DNA of 63,399 nt, filler included, from Octopus bimaculoides (Eukaryota): NCBI RefSeq assembly GCF_001194135.2. It is 4 parts of 4 records of this genome, joined end to end, with 100 filler letters (N's around TTAATTAATTAA, not from the genome) between each part and the next. Parts side by side here need not be neighbours in the genome. Positions count along the whole stretch, not along the records: positions 58,048 to 63,399 come from NC_068982.1; 3 more parts are not named here. One strand, given 5' to 3'. The notes under the pieces were generated by a model, which was not told the origin of the DNA, did not search any database, and saw nothing but the letters and a program-made list of their open reading frames with translations. The position numbers were made by a program, and so were the translations under genes. This document shows positions 63,397-63,399 of this stretch, in pieces. Each line of letters starts with the position of its first letter. Positions within the stretch are counted from its first letter, which is position 1.

Positions 63397-63399
63397 TAG

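Overview
Repeat-saturated eukaryotic DNA, AT-rich and full of microsatellites, with roughly 10% N gaps. The SINE/LINE complement and microsatellite load suggest a coleoid cephalopod, most likely Octopus; this is an inference. I can identify no host protein-coding gene with confidence, and most ORFs in the track are microsatellite or N-run artefacts. The window does contain: (i) six Penelope-like retroelement (PLE) relics, five of the C-terminal GIY-YIG type with a CxC...CP...C linker and terminal CxxC (resembling the Hydra clade) and one Neptune-like, plus five minimal hammerhead-ribozyme (HHR) motifs, two of them in a ~380-bp tandem unit; (ii) two partly complementary copies of a HERO-like restriction-like-endonuclease non-LTR retrotransposon; (iii) RTE LINE relics, one with a C4HC3 PHD finger inserted inside the reverse transcriptase, and a CR1-like 3' end; (iv) four Tc1/mariner relics, two with both TIRs; (v) several tRNA-derived SINE families and four foldback/MITE elements; (vi) a GC-box/CCAAT/TATA promoter-like module on the minus strand near 54.3 kb and a few candidate small exons; (vii) three artificial 100-bp scaffold-join linkers. 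The best leads are the HHR-bearing tandem unit (retrozyme- or pLTR-like), the PHD-in-RT RTE, the stop-free PLE frame with a 109-aa low-complexity linker, and the promoter module. All family assignments come from motif recognition by eye, without database searches.
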